Positions 8,291-17,099 of a stretch of 64,000 nucleotides of DNA are shown piece after piece (within the stretch, counting starts at the first letter, position 1; the number at the start of each line of letters is the position of its first letter). The notes below the pieces were generated by a model. The model worked only from the letters and a program-made list of their open reading frames with translations, ran no database searches and was not told the origin of the DNA. The stretch covers positions 211-64,210 of the forward strand of contig JANTHG010000001.1 in assembly GCA_024762535.1 (NCBI GenBank). The letters run 5' to 3'. Origin of the DNA: Calditrichaceae bacterium (GTDB lineage Bacteria > Calditrichota > Calditrichia > Calditrichales > Calditrichaceae). The position numbers were made by a program, and so were the translations under genes.

Positions 8291-9814
8291 CTATTTCTCA
8301 TCGCTCAGAAGGGTTTTATCTAAGCGATCATACACTTTAAACTGACCGATTTGCAGGGATTCGTCACGTACGAGCCTTATTTTCATCCAGTATTTCCACA
8401 TCAGTTGCAAACGACGGTTATAGCGGCCGGCTGTCATGTATTTATGTACTTCGGGAGTTACATGAATAGTGATACGGCGATCGCCCCGGCTGGCACGATA
8501 CCGTTTAATCCAGCGTTCCAAAGCCGAAACCGATGTGTTCATCGTTGGTACCAATCCCGTTCCGTCGCAGGTGGGGCAAGCTGTGTTAATCGTATGAATA
8601 ACGCTGGGTCGCACCCGCTGGCGGGTCATTTCGATAAGGCCAAAACGGCTGATAGCTTCAATTTTGGTAATGGAACGATCCTTGGCAAATTCTTTTTTCA
8701 GTTCCATAAACACTTTGCGTTTATTGGCTTCTTCCTGCATATCGATAAAATCAATAACAATGAGTCCGCCAAAATCACGAAGCCGGGCCTGACGGGCAAT
8801 TTCCCGCGCGGCTTCCATATTGATTTTAAGAGAATTACTCTCATGATCTTTTTTCCCGATGAACTTTCCACTGTTTACATCTATGGATACCAGCGCTTCG
8901 GTGGGCTCAATAATCAAGGAACCACCATTTTTAAGCCAGACCTTGGAGTAACCCAAATTCTCTATTTCTTTTTCAATATTGTAATGATCAAAAATCGGTT
9001 CTTTACCGTTGTAATACGACACTTTATGGCTCAAATGAGGAGCCACATATTTTACATACGATAATATTTCGCGCATCTGTTTGCGGGAATCCACCACCAC
9101 ATTATCCACTTCGGAAGTAAACAGATCCCGAATGATGCTGGAAGCCATAGCCATATCCTTATGAACCAGTACCGGTGCTTCACTTTTTTTAATATTTTTT
9201 TCAATCTTTTTCCAGGTATCCATCAATTTATTGAGGTCTTTGCGTAATTCGCTTTCCTGTTTTTTTTCAGCCACAGTACGGATAATCACGCCAAAGTGCT
9301 CCGGGATGATTTGCCGGGCAATATCCCGTAAACGTTTCTTCTCTTTGTGATCGGATATTTTGCGGGATATGCCGATATGGCGTTTCCCGGGAATCAGTAC
9401 CATAAATCGTCCCGGCAACGAAAGTTCGGTTGTTACGCGGCAGCCTTTGGTATTGATGGGTTCTTTGATGATTTGTACCAGAATATCCTGGCCTTTTTTA
9501 AGTTTTTTGGCTACGTTAAAGTCTTCTCGGCGCGATGGCTTGCGACCTCCGTTTTCTTCTTCGTAGTCAATAAAATAATCCTGGTAAGTAGCGGATACAT
9601 CCGAAAAATGCAAAAAGGCATTTTGTTCATGGCCGATGTTGATAAACACAGCCTGCATGCCCGGTAGCACCCGGCTTACTTTTCCCTTGTAGATATCGCC
9701 CACCATGCGTTCATATTCGGGACGTTCCACAAATAATTCCACCAACTTAGAATCTTCCAGAATTGCAATCCGGGTTTCCTCGTTTGTTGTGTTAATTACT
9801 ATTTCCTGTTTCAT
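8291..9814 (-). CDS. rng: ribonuclease G/E family endoribonuclease
   Basis: N-terminal S1 domain (GDIYKGKVSRVLPGMQAVFINIG), and the C-terminal CPTCDGTG zinc-link motif typical of Rne/Rng. I prefer the ATG at 9814 (MKQEIVIN), which has GAGGAAA upstream. The ORF track extends to 9859. Confidence 0.9.
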   Translation of the reverse strand: MKQEIVINTTNEETRIAILEDSKLVELFVERPEYERMVGDIYKGKVSRVLPGMQAVFINIGHEQNAFLHFSDVSATYQDYFIDYEEENGGRKPSRREDFNVAKKLKKGQDILVQIIKEPINTKGCRVTTELSLPGRFMVLIPGKRHIGISRKISDHKEKKRLRDIARQIIPEHFGVIIRTVAEKKQESELRKDLNKLMDTWKKIEKNIKKSEAPVLVHKDMAMASSIIRDLFTSEVDNVVVDSRKQMREILSYVKYVAPHLSHKVSYYNGKEPIFDHYNIEKEIENLGYSKVWLKNGGSLIIEPTEALVSIDVNSGKFIGKKDHESNSLKINMEAAREIARQARLRDFGGLIVIDFIDMQEEANKRKVFMELKKEFAKDRSITKIEAISRFGLIEMTRQRVRPSVIHTINTACPTCDGTGLVPTMNTSVSALERWIKRYRASRGDRRITIHVTPEVHKYMTAGRYNRRLQLMWKYWMKIRLVRDESLQIGQFKVYDRLDKTLLSDEK

Positions 9815-9876
9815 TTTTTCTGTTTCCTCGTTGTTAAGCGATCGGGAAAGCAGAAACAAAATGAGGATAAGCCATA

Positions 9877-12495
9877 TTAAGAATGAAGAATTTCGATGGG
9901 CGTCAGCTCTTTGCCGTCGCGGGCAATCAATTGTTTGGAACGATGTACCCTGGCAAAGCGATCGTCAAAGTGCTGATCCTGAAAAAGTTGCTGTAATATT
10001 TCACGTACGCGAACCGTCCGGTTTTCAATGCTCCGGGTTTTAATGGATACGCGATTATGTTCTCTTACAATGGATTCGATATAGGGTCGAATATTTACAT
10101 TTTTATACTTTCCCTTTACCCGGCGTTCCACTTCGATGGCTTCGGAACGTAAAAGTGTTTCTAAGGCTTCATCAAAACCGGAGTTATGGGAATCAAAAAG
10201 GTCCAGTTCAATTTCATACTCGGCTGTGTTGATTGCCGCTGCCAGGGCCTGCGCTTTACTATGTATTTCCTGCACTTCCAGCAGTTGCAGTCCCTCGGGT
10301 AAATACGGATTGATCGAATCGCTTAATAGAGTTACATCGAATGTGGCATTCAATTCCATATCCAAATATTCGGCCTCGCTGGTATATCCCAATGATAAAG
10401 GCGGCCCGAATGATAATTTGGGATGGGGGTTGAAGCCCTGACTGTACAATACTGGGACCTGTGCCTGACGCGCTGCCCGTTCAAAAATACGGATCAGATC
10501 CAAATGGGATAAATAACGCGCATACGCGGTTTTTTGATAACGGATACGCACTTTACGGCTTTCTACCGTTTCTTCCGTCTGCTTTGGTTTGGTGATAGCT
10601 GTAGCGGACGGTATGGGCTCAGGTTCGCTTGATTCGGTTTTTGGCAAATAACAACTGGCAAACGGAGCAAACAGATCTTTTCGCTGAATGCCACAGCCAT
10701 AACAGCTGCCGTTTTTACAATCGATTTTGGTTTGCTCACGAAAGGCTTCTTCCCGTTCTTTGGATAAAAAGCGTTTGCTTACGCCTTTATCGATATGATC
10801 CCAGGGCAAAGGCAGACCCGGATCAATGGCCTGGGCAAAACGGGTAAAGGGATAGCCTGTTTTTTGCGCAGCTTCCTGCCAAATATCCATTTTAAAGTGC
10901 TCGGACCAGCCGTCAAACCGGGCGCCCTGCTTCCAGGCAAGGTAAATGATTTCGGCCAAACGGCGGTCGGCTCTTCCTAAAATGCATTCGAGTAATGAAA
11001 CATCCGGATCACGCCAGGAAAATTTAACCTGACGGTTCCGGCCAAATCGGTTTCTTAAAATCGCAACTTTTTTCTGAAATTCTTCCTTAGTATTTTGCCG
11101 TTCCCATTGAAACGGGGTATGTGCCTTTGGTGAAAACGGAGACACGGATACATTAAACTGAATGCGTCCGTACGCTCTGCTTATTTTCAATACCTCGTCT
11201 ATCAAATCGGCAATGGCTTCTACATCCTCCTCTGTTTCTGTCGGTAACCCGATCATAAAATAAAATTTTAAAACACGCCAGCCGTTTTCCAGCGCAATGC
11301 GCACCGACCGGTATAAATTGTCTGCTGTAATATTTTTGTTAATTACCCGGCGTAACCGTTCACTACCTGCTTCCGGCGCAAAGGTAAAGCCCGACTTACG
11401 AACCGAAGAAGCGAACTCTGCAATTTCCGGCGTAAAACTATCTAAGCGCATGGAAGGAAAGGACACGTTAATATTCTTCCCCTGCAGCGCCTGCCTGCTG
11501 CGTCGCATCAGTCCGTTAAGTCCGGAATAATCCGAAATGGACAGGGATAAAAACGAGACTTCCTGATAACCGGTAGCTTCGAGAGAGCGGTTCATCTGCT
11601 CAATAATTTCTTCCTGCGGCCGCTCCCGTGTGGGGCGGTAAATCATTCCTGCGTTACAATAACGGCAACCTTCGGTGCAGCCGCGCATTACTTCTACGGA
11701 AAGACGGTTATGTGTAACTTCAATAACCGGCACAATCGGTTTTTCCGGATAGTAGGCGCTCTGTAATTGGGGGAGTACCCGGCTTAACACCCGTTCCGGC
11801 GCCAAAGATTCGCTCGCTTTAACGGATTTAATCCACCCATCCGCATCGTACTCGGCCTGATAAAAAACAGGTATGTACACACCTCGTAACTGTGCCAGTT
11901 CCTGTAAAATTTCCCTGCGGGATTTTTTTTGACTGCGCCCCGAGGCCACCACATCAGCCATCTCTACAAAGGCCTCTTCTCCGTCGCCAATCAAAAAGGC
12001 GTCGATAAAGGGCGCCATAGGTTCGGAATTGCAGCTGCACGGCCCGCCTCCGAAAATAAACGGGTCTTTTTCTGTGCGTTCCTTCGCCCAAATCGGAATG
12101 CCCGATAAATCCAGCATATTTAAAATATTGCTATAAGTCAGCTCATATTGCAGAGTAAAACCGATAATATCCAATTCGGCCAGCGGCGTAAAGGATTCCA
12201 GGCTATACAGCGGCAGACCCTCGGCGCGCATCCGTTCTTCCATATCGGTCCAGGGCGCGTACACCCGTTCGGCCCAGATATGGGGCTGACGATTGAGTAC
12301 ATGATACAGAATATCAAAACCAATATAGGACATGGCCAATTCGTACACTTCCGGAAAAGCCAGCCCTACCCGCACGGAAACCGCTTCCGGGTCTTTGCGC
12401 ACCATATTCAGTTCATTGCCGACATAGCGGCCGGGTTTGGTCACCAATGGCAATATGCGCTTATTTAATATATTTTCTATCTTTTTATTTTTCAT
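9877..12495 (-). CDS. radical SAM protein (B12-binding-like N-domain) fused to a DUF2344-like C-terminal domain
   Basis: CTEGCRYC is a CxxxCxxC cluster motif. The C-terminal 230 aa (VRIRYQKTAYARYLSHLDLIRIFERAARQAQVPVLYSQGFNPHPKLSF) matches the DUF2344/TIGR03936 pattern as I recall it. The two parts are joined by a Ser/Glu/Pro/Thr linker. Confidence 0.8.
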   Translation of the reverse strand: MKNKKIENILNKRILPLVTKPGRYVGNELNMVRKDPEAVSVRVGLAFPEVYELAMSYIGFDILYHVLNRQPHIWAERVYAPWTDMEERMRAEGLPLYSLESFTPLAELDIIGFTLQYELTYSNILNMLDLSGIPIWAKERTEKDPFIFGGGPCSCNSEPMAPFIDAFLIGDGEEAFVEMADVVASGRSQKKSRREILQELAQLRGVYIPVFYQAEYDADGWIKSVKASESLAPERVLSRVLPQLQSAYYPEKPIVPVIEVTHNRLSVEVMRGCTEGCRYCNAGMIYRPTRERPQEEIIEQMNRSLEATGYQEVSFLSLSISDYSGLNGLMRRSRQALQGKNINVSFPSMRLDSFTPEIAEFASSVRKSGFTFAPEAGSERLRRVINKNITADNLYRSVRIALENGWRVLKFYFMIGLPTETEEDVEAIADLIDEVLKISRAYGRIQFNVSVSPFSPKAHTPFQWERQNTKEEFQKKVAILRNRFGRNRQVKFSWRDPDVSLLECILGRADRRLAEIIYLAWKQGARFDGWSEHFKMDIWQEAAQKTGYPFTRFAQAIDPGLPLPWDHIDKGVSKRFLSKEREEAFREQTKIDCKNGSCYGCGIQRKDLFAPFASCYLPKTESSEPEPIPSATAITKPKQTEETVESRKVRIRYQKTAYARYLSHLDLIRIFERAARQAQVPVLYSQGFNPHPKLSFGPPLSLGYTSEAEYLDMELNATFDVTLLSDSINPYLPEGLQLLEVQEIHSKAQALAAAINTAEYEIELDLFDSHNSGFDEALETLLRSEAIEVERRVKGKYKNVNIRPYIESIVREHNRVSIKTRSIENRTVRVREILQQLFQDQHFDDRFARVHRSKQLIARDGKELTPIEILHS

Positions 12496-12607
12496 ATGTT
12501 TTACGCGTTTGCGAATCGGCGTTAAATATATAAAACGGCGGGTAGTTTAGCAAACATGCTTGTCACAGTCTAATATATAAAATCCTGTACAGGAAAAAGA
12601 ACCCCGG

Positions 12608-13048
12608 TTAATGCATCAGATTTTGTAACATGGCAGTTACTTTTTCAACATTGGCATGGGTATCGGGAATAATAACGACAGCATCGTCTCCGGCTACGGT
12701 TCCGATAATATGCTCGTCTTTCAGTTTGTCAAGATAAATTCCTACTCCCTGCGCACGGCCTGGCATGGTTCGAATCACAACGGTGGACTCATTATGCAGG
12801 ATACTGATAATTTCCATTCCGATAATTTGTTTAATAGCCCGGGAATTATCGTCTTTGTGGAAAACATATTTAAACCCTTCACCGTCCGGTACACGTACAA
12901 TGCCGATTTCGTGTAAATCGCGCGAGAGCGTTGCCTGTGTAGTGTCAAATCCGTATTCCTGTAGTTTGGCCAATAAGTCTTCCTGGCTGGCAATTTTTTC
13001 CGAAATCACAATTTCTTTAATCTTTGCCTGGCGTTGTTTCTTATTCAT
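12608..13048 (-). CDS. argR: arginine repressor ArgR
   Basis: 146 aa. The winged-helix N-terminus is RQAKIKEIV...IASQEDLLAKLQEYGFDTTQATLSRDLHEIG. The C-terminal oligomerisation domain contains GTVAGDD. Confidence 0.9.
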   Translation of the reverse strand: MNKKQRQAKIKEIVISEKIASQEDLLAKLQEYGFDTTQATLSRDLHEIGIVRVPDGEGFKYVFHKDDNSRAIKQIIGMEIISILHNESTVVIRTMPGRAQGVGIYLDKLKDEHIIGTVAGDDAVVIIPDTHANVEKVTAMLQNLMH

Positions 13049-13244
13049 AACGATACTTCCATCTTTCGTCCTACTGCTGAATTGCTTGATTTCTCATCGT
13101 AATAAAATTAGTTATTTTTAATAAATATTACAAGTAAAAGAAAAAAACACGCTCCGGATGATTATTTCCCATCCTCTCTTGTGTTTCTCCGCTCATAGAA
13201 TTATATTTTTTGTTTCGATTTACCCAGTAAAGTCAGGAGGTAAT

Positions 13245-14600
13245 GTGTCCAGATTAATGGTATCTATTTCAGGTTTGCGGGGCGAAGTGGGCAGCACACT
13301 CACGCCGCAGGTTATTCAAAAATATACGGCTGCATTCGCCAAATATGTGCAGGGTGGAAAAGTGGTTTTAGGGCGGGATTCCCGGGTATCCGGACCGTTT
13401 GTCAATGATTTGGTTAAAGGAACCCTCGTGGCATCCGGCTGTGAAGTGATTGAAATTGGTATTGTGCCAACGCCAACAGTTCAGCTGGAAATTGAGCACC
13501 ATCAGGCAGCCGGTGGTATTGCTATCACAGCCAGTCACAATCCCATTCAGTGGAACGGACTCAAATTTATGGGCAGCGATGGCCGGTTTTTAAATCCCGA
13601 ACAAGCCGGGAAAGTGTATGCCATGGCAGATGCCGGAGAACAGGCCTACAAAGAATGGTCGGAATTAGGCGCTGTTACGATCGATTTCGGTGCTATAGAC
13701 CGGCATATTGAAAAAGTAAAAAACATTTCCTTTGTGGATGTGGAAGCTATTCGCAAGCGAAAGTTTAAAGTTGCGGTGGATACGGTCAATGGCGCAGGCG
13801 GTGCGATTATTCCTAAATTATTAAAAGAACTGGGCTGCGAGGTCTTTGCCATCAATCAGGAAACCAGCGGACGTTTTGCCCACACACCGGAACCGTTGCC
13901 GGAGAACTTAGCGCAATTGGGCGATGCCGTTAAAGCGAACAACGCTGACCTCGGTTTTGCAGTGGACCCGGACGTGGACCGCTGCGCTATTGTGGACGAA
14001 ACCGGAAGGCCTTTGGGTGAAGAATACACGCTGGCCATTGCCACGAAGCTGGTGTTCAGCAAAGAGATGGGACGCATGGCTGTGAACATGTCCACCTCCC
14101 GCGCTTCGGAAGATATCGCCAAATATTACAATTGTATGTTTGTGCGCAGTAAAGTAGGCGAAATAAATGTAGCGGAAAAAATGAAGGAAATCGACGCCCT
14201 GATTGGCGGCGAAGGCAACGGAGGCGTCATTCTGCCGGAAGTACACCTTGGCAGGGACGCGCCGGTGGCGGTTGCGCTTACCTTACAGATGCTGCTGGAA
14301 CAGGGCGGAACCATCAGCGCGCTAAAGGCTTCTTTGCCGCAGTACGAAATGGTGAAGCTGAAAGTAAATATTGGAAATATGCAGCCGGATAAGCTTTTGG
14401 CAGCAATGGCCGAAACCTATAAGGACCAGCCCATCGATACTCTGGATGGCTTGAAGATTGATTTTAACAATAGTTGGGTACATTTGCGGAAATCCAACAC
14501 CGAACCGATTATCCGCGTGATTGCCGAAGGGCCAACCGAAGCGGAAGCGCGCAGTCTGGCCGAACGCTTTATGGATGAATTAACCAGGGTAAACGGATGA
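13245..14600 (+). CDS. alpha-D-phosphohexomutase superfamily enzyme (PGM/PMM-type; probable phosphopentomutase by context)
   Basis: Phosphoserine loop TASHNP, metal loop FAVDPDVDRC and sugar loop GGEGNGG. The start is either GTG 13245 (AGGAGG 4 nt upstream) or ATG 13257. The ORF-track start at 13158 adds a non-conserved leader. Confidence 0.85.
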   Translation: MSRLMVSISGLRGEVGSTLTPQVIQKYTAAFAKYVQGGKVVLGRDSRVSGPFVNDLVKGTLVASGCEVIEIGIVPTPTVQLEIEHHQAAGGIAITASHNPIQWNGLKFMGSDGRFLNPEQAGKVYAMADAGEQAYKEWSELGAVTIDFGAIDRHIEKVKNISFVDVEAIRKRKFKVAVDTVNGAGGAIIPKLLKELGCEVFAINQETSGRFAHTPEPLPENLAQLGDAVKANNADLGFAVDPDVDRCAIVDETGRPLGEEYTLAIATKLVFSKEMGRMAVNMSTSRASEDIAKYYNCMFVRSKVGEINVAEKMKEIDALIGGEGNGGVILPEVHLGRDAPVAVALTLQMLLEQGGTISALKASLPQYEMVKLKVNIGNMQPDKLLAAMAETYKDQPIDTLDGLKIDFNNSWVHLRKSNTEPIIRVIAEGPTEAEARSLAERFMDELTRVNG

Positions 14601-14887
14601 TTATCTGCAATGTAATCGGTGATGTGGTTTCCACTGTAAAGAATGAACATTTTACAGGCAAGAAACTTCTTATCGTGCAGCCGCTGAATCTGGACAATGA
14701 ACCGGATGGTGAAGCCTTTCTGGCTATAGACACAGTGCAGGCCGGCAAAGGCGACCGGGTACTGGTGATGCGCGAAGGCGGTTCGGCGCGTATTATTTTT
14801 GAAGATGAAAACATCCCGGTACAGGCGGTAATTACCGCGATTGTGGATGAAGTCCGTTTTTTGAAAAACGAAAATCTTTCTAACTAA
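14597..14887 (+). CDS. EutN/CcmL family bacterial microcompartment vertex (BMC-P) protein
   Basis: The 96-aa protein is colinear with E. coli EutN (GDVVSTV, KKLLIV, EPDGE, AIDTVQAGKGDRVLV, GGSAR, AIVDEV). The ATGA overlap with the mutase stop suggests translational coupling. Confidence 0.88.
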   Translation: MIICNVIGDVVSTVKNEHFTGKKLLIVQPLNLDNEPDGEAFLAIDTVQAGKGDRVLVMREGGSARIIFEDENIPVQAVITAIVDEVRFLKNENLSN

Positions 14888-14899
14888 CAGGATACATGT

Positions 14900-15733
14900 A
14901 TGGCAGCAATTACATCACAAGATATCGAACACATTATATCTCAGGTTATTGCGGAAAAAAATATTGATACCGCAGGGTATCGCCCCTTTTCATACGATGC
15001 CGCCAACGACCTGCTTTCTTTTGGCGCCAGCCGCATTGGTGCGGTAGCGCCATCCTGTCCACCCAAATACGAACTGGCCAAATGGATTGACCATACGTTA
15101 CTTAAACCGGACGCTACCCAGGCGGATATTGAAGCGGTTTGCTCGGATGCCCGTGAACATGGATTCGCTTCGGTGTGCATCAATCCCACCTGGGTACCAC
15201 TAGCCTACAAAATGCTGCGTGGATACGAATCGCGCGTGTGCACGGTAATCGGTTTTCCGCTGGGTGCGACCTTCCCGGAGGTCAAAGCAGCTGAAGCGCG
15301 TTTGGCTGTGGAACAGGGCGCGGATGAGGTAGATATGGTCATCAATATTGGCGCGCTCAAATCCGGCGACTACCAATTGGTGGAACACGACATCCGTTCT
15401 GTTGTTCGCGCGGCAGGTCGGCGCATTGTAAAGGTAATTTTAGAAACCTGCCTGCTAACCGACGAAGAAAAAGTGCAGGCTTCGGCTATTTCCAAAAAAG
15501 CTGGCGCCAATTTTGTGAAAACTTCCACCGGATTTTCCACAGGCGGCGCTACCGTCAAAGATGTGGCCCTTATGCGTAAAGCTGTTGGCTCGGAGATGGG
15601 TGTTAAAGCCAGCGGTGGTGTACGCACTTATGAAGAAGCCTGTAAAATGGTTGAAGCAGGCGCAACACGCATAGGCGCCAGCGCCAGTGTAGCCATTGTG
15701 GGCAACGGCAGCGCTTCCGGCGACGGATATTAA
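14900..15733 (+). CDS. deoC: deoxyribose-phosphate aldolase with about 55-aa N-terminal extension
   Basis: The core begins at [15 protein letters not shown]. The Schiff-base lysine lies in FVKTSTGF, and [10 protein letters not shown] is near the C-terminus. AGGA lies 7 nt upstream of the ATG. Confidence 0.9.
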   Translation: MAAITSQDIEHIISQVIAEKNIDTAGYRPFSYDAANDLLSFGASRIGAVAPSCPPKYELAKWIDHTLLKPDATQADIEAVCSDAREHGFASVCINPTWVPLAYKMLRGYESRVCTVIGFPLGATFPEVKAAEARLAVEQGADEVDMVINIGALKSGDYQLVEHDIRSVVRAAGRRIVKVILETCLLTDEEKVQASAISKKAGANFVKTSTGFSTGGATVKDVALMRKAVGSEMGVKASGGVRTYEEACKMVEAGATRIGASASVAIVGNGSASGDGY

Positions 15734-15779
15734 TCATATTTTGGAACAAAACAGCTTTAAAAGGAATTAGGAAATTATT

Positions 15780-17096
15780 ATGACAGCATACGAAATCATC
15801 AGTAAAAAACGGGACGGGTTTGAACTTTCGGAAGAAGAAATCGGCTATATGATTAACGGCTACGCCGAAGGCCGTATTCCGGACTACCAAATGTCTGCCT
15901 TGCTCATGGCTATCTTTTTACGCGGCATGAATAAACAGGAAACCATGACCGTTACCAAAAACATGCTCTATTCCGGTGAAGTCGTAGATTTAAGCAGCAT
16001 TCCGGGCGTAAAAGTGGATAAACACAGTACCGGCGGTGTGGGTGATAAAGTATCCATTATTCTGGCTCCGGTAGTAGCTGCAGCGGGCGTACCTGTGCCC
16101 ATGATTTCCGGACGGGGGCTGGGGCATACGGGCGGTACTTTAGATAAATTGGAAAGTATTCCCGGATTTCGTGTGGATTATTCCATTAAAGAATATAAAG
16201 AAAAAATTGCACGAGTGGGTACTTGCCTTATTGGGCAAACCCCGGACATCTGCCCGGCCGATAAAAAGATGTACGCGCTGCGGGATGTTACAGCCACCAT
16301 TCAGTCTATTCCCCTGATTACGGGCAGCATTATGAGTAAAAAACTGGCCGAAGGTATTGATGCGCTGGTACTCGATGTTAAAACCGGACACGGCGCTTTT
16401 ATGCAAAAGCACGAAGATTCCGTAGCTCTGGCCAAGCAGCTCATCTCTGTGGGTGAAGCCTTTGGAAAACCTACAGTGGCGTATATTACGGATATGAATG
16501 AGCCACTGGGTAATGCGGTGGGCAACTGGCTGGAAATCGTGGAATGTATTGACGGGCTGCATGGCGAAGGTCCGGACGATTTGATGGAAGTAACCCACCA
16601 GCTTTGTGGCGCGATGATTTATCTTGGTAAAAAAGCTGCTTCTATCGAAGAAGGGGTGGAAATTTCCAAAGAAATGATTCGCAGCGGCAAAGCCTGGGAT
16701 AAATTCCTGGAAATTGCAGAGGAACAAAACGGTGATGTGGATATACTGAAAAATCCCCTGCGTTACCCGAAACCGGCTTTTCAGGCGCAGGTTCCGGCCG
16801 CAGAAAGCGGATATGTGGCCTCCATTCATTCCCTCGAGGTAGGGCTGACTGCAGTTACTTTGGGCGCCGGTCGCCAGAAAGCGGATGATCTGATTGACCC
16901 TAAGGCCGGCATTGTGCTGCATAAAAAAGCCGGGCAGGCTGTGGAAGCGGGCGAACCGATTATGTCCGTTTACACCGATAGAGAAGAAGTGCTTAAAGCA
17001 GCTGTTGAACGTCTGGGAAAAGCGGTTGCCTATTCGGCACAGCCGGTTGAATCGAAAGCTTTGATACATGAATATCTGGATAAAAACAGTTTGTAA
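15780..17096 (+). CDS. deoA: thymidine / pyrimidine-nucleoside phosphorylase
   Basis: The sequence IISKKRDG..LS.EEI...INGY..G.IPDYQMSALLMAI...GM and KVDKHSTGGVGDK is the canonical family signature. Confidence 0.9.
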   Translation: MTAYEIISKKRDGFELSEEEIGYMINGYAEGRIPDYQMSALLMAIFLRGMNKQETMTVTKNMLYSGEVVDLSSIPGVKVDKHSTGGVGDKVSIILAPVVAAAGVPVPMISGRGLGHTGGTLDKLESIPGFRVDYSIKEYKEKIARVGTCLIGQTPDICPADKKMYALRDVTATIQSIPLITGSIMSKKLAEGIDALVLDVKTGHGAFMQKHEDSVALAKQLISVGEAFGKPTVAYITDMNEPLGNAVGNWLEIVECIDGLHGEGPDDLMEVTHQLCGAMIYLGKKAASIEEGVEISKEMIRSGKAWDKFLEIAEEQNGDVDILKNPLRYPKPAFQAQVPAAESGYVASIHSLEVGLTAVTLGAGRQKADDLIDPKAGIVLHKKAGQAVEAGEPIMSVYTDREEVLKAAVERLGKAVAYSAQPVESKALIHEYLDKNSL

Positions 17097-17099
17097 TTT

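Noticed and set aside
8351-9064. 237-aa ORF antisense to rng
   Set aside because: Same reasoning as above. It is a shadow ORF within RNase G with a compositionally odd translation and no start context.
13061-13140. ARG-box operators for ArgR in the argR/mutase divergent region
   Set aside because: Only weak partial matches to the TGAAT-N-ATTCA type consensus are present (for example TGAATTGCTTGATTTC). The region is very AT-rich, so chance matches are expected.
16140-17069. 309-aa ORF antisense to the nucleoside phosphorylase gene
   Set aside because: It lies entirely inside a confidently identified gene on the other strand. Its translation is low-complexity (F/N/H/R-rich), has no recognisable motif and has no upstream RBS. 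It is a typical shadow ORF.
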